Of a DNA stretch of 56,804 nucleotides, positions 55,401 through 56,804 are shown piece after piece. Position numbers and translations under genes: made by a program. This stretch comes from Candidatus Omnitrophica bacterium UBA6215. Lineage in GTDB: Bacteria; Omnitrophota; Gorgyraeia; Pluralincolimonadales; Pluralincolimonadaceae. The notes below the pieces were generated by a model. It did no database searches. It saw nothing but the letters and a program-made list of their open reading frames with translations, and had not been told where the DNA came from. The stretch is taken from positions 447,900-504,703 of the forward strand of contig DISH01000004.1 in NCBI GenBank assembly GCA_002421665.1, in the 5' to 3' direction. The stretch's first letter is position 1. Every line of letters begins with the position of its first letter.

Positions 55401-56567
55401 GCCTATCGTGAGCAGCGTAGAGTTCGTCCAGGTAGAACCGGAGCCGGTAAGGATAACCGTACCCGTAGCATCCGAACCGCGGCCGACCACGCCTGCGGTA
55501 TTGCTTACTTCGCCGCCGCCGGAAATAGTCAAGGCGCCGGTATCCCAGCATCCTATATACATGCTGTTAGCTGACGTAAAAGTGGAACCGGAGCCGGTAA
55601 CGGTAAGAGAGCTGTTCGATCCCGAATTACTGCCCACATAACCTTCATCGGCCGTGGCATCGGCTCCGCCGGAGATGGTCATATCGCAATCCCCGTCATA
55701 GCCTATATACATACCGCTTGTAGCCCTCAATAATGATCCTTCCCCTGTAACATTGACCGTGCCGGTAGAACTGGAATGGAAACAGATCGCGACAAACGAA
55801 CCGCTCATTGTTGCCCCGTCGGAGATGGTCAGGTCTAAGTTCCCGTCATAGCCGAGGTACATATCGCGCCCCGAGAACGATGAACCGGAGCCGGTAACGG
55901 TTATAGTACCGGTAGAGCCGCTATTATAACCGGCATATACATCTTTAGAGGCGGTCATTACTCCACCGTTGGAGACGGTCAAAGCGCCGGTCCCGGAATT
56001 ACCGATATAGACATTGTTATTATCTGTATAAGTCGATCCGGAGCCGGTAACGGTAAGCGACCCGTCGGCGTCGCCGCTGGTACTTCCTACATATGTCCCG
56101 CCGTTAGATACCGAAAAATCTCCTCCATTGGAGACGGTCAAAGCGCCGGTCGTACCGTCGCCTATCACTACACCCCAGTTATTTGACCAGGTAGAGCCCG
56201 AACCGATATTCAGTACGCCATCGGCATCCCCGTTAAATTTCGTCCAACTCCCGCATCCGCCGATATAGTTCTCAAGGGTAACGTTATAACTGTTTAGATC
56301 AAATACCGTTTCGTATCCGAGGGAGGTGGTATATCCGGAGAGATCGATGGTGCCTGAGGATGAGCCTTCGTTGAACTCTATTGAGCCGGATACACCGCTT
56401 GTGTTCAGGCCGTCAATCGCCGTACTCAGTGAGCCTGCCCCGCTTGAGTCATAGTTGGTGACGGTAAAGGAATCCGCATAAACGGGAGAAAAAGAAAATA
56501 TAGAAACAAAAGTTATTAATAAAAGGGTGATTTTCACATAGTTGGAGGTATTTTTACGCATACTCAT
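52455..56567 (-). CDS. Autotransporter (type Va) with repeat-rich passenger, PATR-type beta-strand repeats and C-terminal beta-barrel
   Basis: Start ATG 56567 (GGAGGA SD, signal peptide MSMRKNTSNYVKITLLLITFVSIFSFSPVYA) is preferred over track start 56630. About six ~50-aa repeats contain (L/I)TVTGSGS. Several GTG.L.L(T/S)G.NTY(T/S)GGT units. Autotransporter beta-domain ends ...FTAHTGWADIKYKF. Confidence 0.85.
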   Translation of the reverse strand: MSMRKNTSNYVKITLLLITFVSIFSFSPVYADSFTVTNYDSSGAGSLSTAIDGLNTSGVSGSIEFNEGSSSGTIDLSGYTTSLGYETVFDLNSYNVTLENYIGGCGSWTKFNGDADGVLNIGSGSTWSNNWGVVIGDGTTGALTVSNGGDFSVSNGGTYVGSTSGDADGSLTVTGSGSTYTDNNNVYIGNSGTGALTVSNGGVMTASKDVYAGYNSGSTGTITVTGSGSSFSGRDMYLGYDGNLDLTISDGATMSGSFVAICFHSSSTGTVNVTGEGSLLRATSGMYIGYDGDCDMTISGGADATADEGYVGSNSGSNSSLTVTGSGSTFTSANSMYIGCWDTGALTISGGGEVSNTAGVVGRGSDATGTVILTGSGSTWTNSTLLTIGEDGDGTVTISDAAVLNVAGGAGTVRLGLNSGSSGILNIGSGAAAGTLNAATVTGGSGAAVVNLNLTDEDYTLGADLTGSLEVTKSGSGLVNLTGTNTYTGGTTINAGVINAKDDGVLGTGDVTINAGGCLLLGTVGDESDTITLSNNVTLSGDGNTGIGAINNAGGTNTLSGTVTTDANATIGSIYGYLVFTNNISSTGNYDLTFTGESDTGVEGVIGIGSGSVIKNGTGALFLSGSNTYTGGTSLNAGGIVAMSSGAFGTGDVTVADEATLVIDGSLGDVTIANNITSVQGTGPAIFGAIVSAEGDNTMSGAITQSGNTTIYADNYSLTISGAISGAYDLTLSGDGVINLSGTNTYTGATNINADTVNAGVADQAFGIGSDVAVNEGATLSLNNFNETIGSLSGSGTVNNGGAADRILTIGNVPLGYGSTSKTFSGLLSDGGAGKFSLAKDGTGTLILTGANTYSGGTTIDNGALQVNNSRALGSGAVTNNSELDIGSTELIFDGIYTQAAGSVLNLSAASAVSYGSIVSSSDAAVSSASAVNVTVGGYLPNKATLKVIDGTGGAGVEIPSTITSNSTKYRLIGSSVDGDLILTVDRSGAGYGFASEANNANGAAVGAVLDNINNPQGQMLTILDTLEWMPSGEAGQSLDTLIPNVDSGVLNVSNTSLNQFIGTSSARLGGLFAQAREAEETGVSAGSPSLKGMDVWARGFGEYLKQKPRGFSNGYRATVWGTALGGDIPAFNDRVRLGLSGGYAQSDINSKDNSGKTDIDSYQGTFYAGYIDPQNPYYLNGSFSFAYNKYDGKRQVAVGAITGIADSDYDGQQYSVMFDGGYVVDAGKFRITPMASLQYLRLHLQSYTETGAGALNLSVKAQNYDMLQSGLGMKVERPFEAKGMTVIPEIHAKWLYDFIGDKQETTSTFAGGGGSFATNGFDPAQNSFNAGAKLTLASHNNWSLETNYDFEYKEDFTAHTGWADIKYKF
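52473..52522 (-). repeat. 50-nt tract identical to 56755-56804 (3' end of the neighbouring autotransporter paralogue)
   Basis: GTCAGCCCATCCTGTATGGGCGGTAAAGTCTTCCTTGTACTCGAAGTCAT is present at both places. The 13 nt between it and the stop codon differ. Confidence 0.9.
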
Positions 56568-56664
56568 GGTATCCTCCGTATTTTTTGGATATAGAATAAA
56601 TGACGGATTTATTATAACCATAATATTCAACTATATCAAGGGATTTTGGAGCCCGGACAAACAA

Positions 56665-56703
56665 AGAAAAAGCCCTGATCCGTTGAATCGATCAGGGCTT
56701 TTA
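56665..56703 (-). terminator. Rho-independent terminator (hairpin flanked by A/T runs on both strands) between the two autotransporter genes
   Basis: AGCCCTGATC-CGTTGAATC-GATCAGGGCT (56671-56699). On the - strand it is followed by TTTTTCTTTG. Confidence 0.75.
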
Positions 56704-56736
56704 GTCTATTTTAAAATTAATTCTTAGTAAAAGGGC

Positions 56737-56804
56737 TCAGAATCTGTATTTCAAGTCAGCCCATCCTGTATGGGCGGTAAAGTCTTCCTTGTACTCGAAG
56801 TCAT
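56737..56804 (-). CDS. 3' end of a second autotransporter gene (continues beyond the window)
   Basis: Reverse translation gives ...DFEYKEDFTAHTGWADLKYRF-stop (TGA at 56737-56739). Nearly identical to the C-terminus of the 52455-56567 product. Confidence 0.75.
   Translation of the reverse strand, partial: DFEYKEDFTAHTGWADLKYRF

Noticed and set aside
56568-56630. Longer autotransporter start at 56630.
   Set aside because: ATG 56567 is preceded by GGAGGA at 4-nt spacing and begins a canonical signal peptide. The 21-residue extension has neither feature.

Overview
This is a 56.8-kb bacterial chromosomal window. All homology calls come from motifs I recognise by eye, because no searches could be run.

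Positions 1 to about 40,000 are ordinary, tightly packed housekeeping genes on the + strand:
- uvrB (5' truncated), birA, a SAM methyltransferase and coaX.
- groES-groEL-groES behind a perfect CIRCE operator.
- A CBS-less IMPDH-like gene plus guaA, then dnaE, HU/IHF, hisS and aspS.
- The phoH / 7TM-HD / ybeY / dgkA::PAP2 / DUF502 / recO block.
- glyQS, ppdK, a sigma-70 family factor, apt, tRNA-Arg(CCT) and a PHP phosphatase.
- Envelope genes: a TIGR04073-like protein, a discoidin-domain protein, a PDZ protein, an outer-membrane beta-barrel and a GT2 / LAB_N / GT39 cassette.
- GH57, a PilZ protein and a suhB-like IMPase.

From about 40.2 kb everything is on the - strand:
- A LexA-wHTH/cupin regulator.
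- A sharply AT-rich island (40845-46780). Hand-counted 60-nt lines give 20-23% GC in the island against 53-58% in the flanks.
- A PEP-CTERM protein, an esterase, an Ntn hydrolase, glpD, glpK and two tandem autotransporter paralogues.

The island carries one overlapping five-gene operon: RusA-like resolvase, DUF2130 nuclease-like protein, Cap4/DUF4297-type nuclease (LmuA-like), a 238-aa middle protein, and a 773-aa Rad50/SMC-like ABC ATPase (LmuB-like) with a CxxC hook. The last three genes look like a Lamassu / ABC-three-component (DdmABC-type) defence system. The operonic link to two further DNA-structure nucleases is the best candidate for something undescribed.

Other points worth a second look:
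- A 45-nt array of three 15-mers sits directly upstream of glpK and again, inverted, inside glpK.
- Three genes (glpK ATT, suhB-like ATA or frameshift, discoidin protein CTG) have conserved N-termini that can only be reached from near-cognate start codons.
- A 26-codon, very basic, L32-like upstream ORF with a strong Shine-Dalgarno (SD) site abuts the suhB-like gene.
- Perfect identical tracts (55 nt and at least 50 nt) are shared by otherwise diverged paralogues, in groES and in the autotransporters.

The lineage cannot be determined from the sequence. An uncultured Gram-negative such as PVC or Omnitrophota is only a guess. I saw no rRNA, CRISPR array, integrase or transposase.
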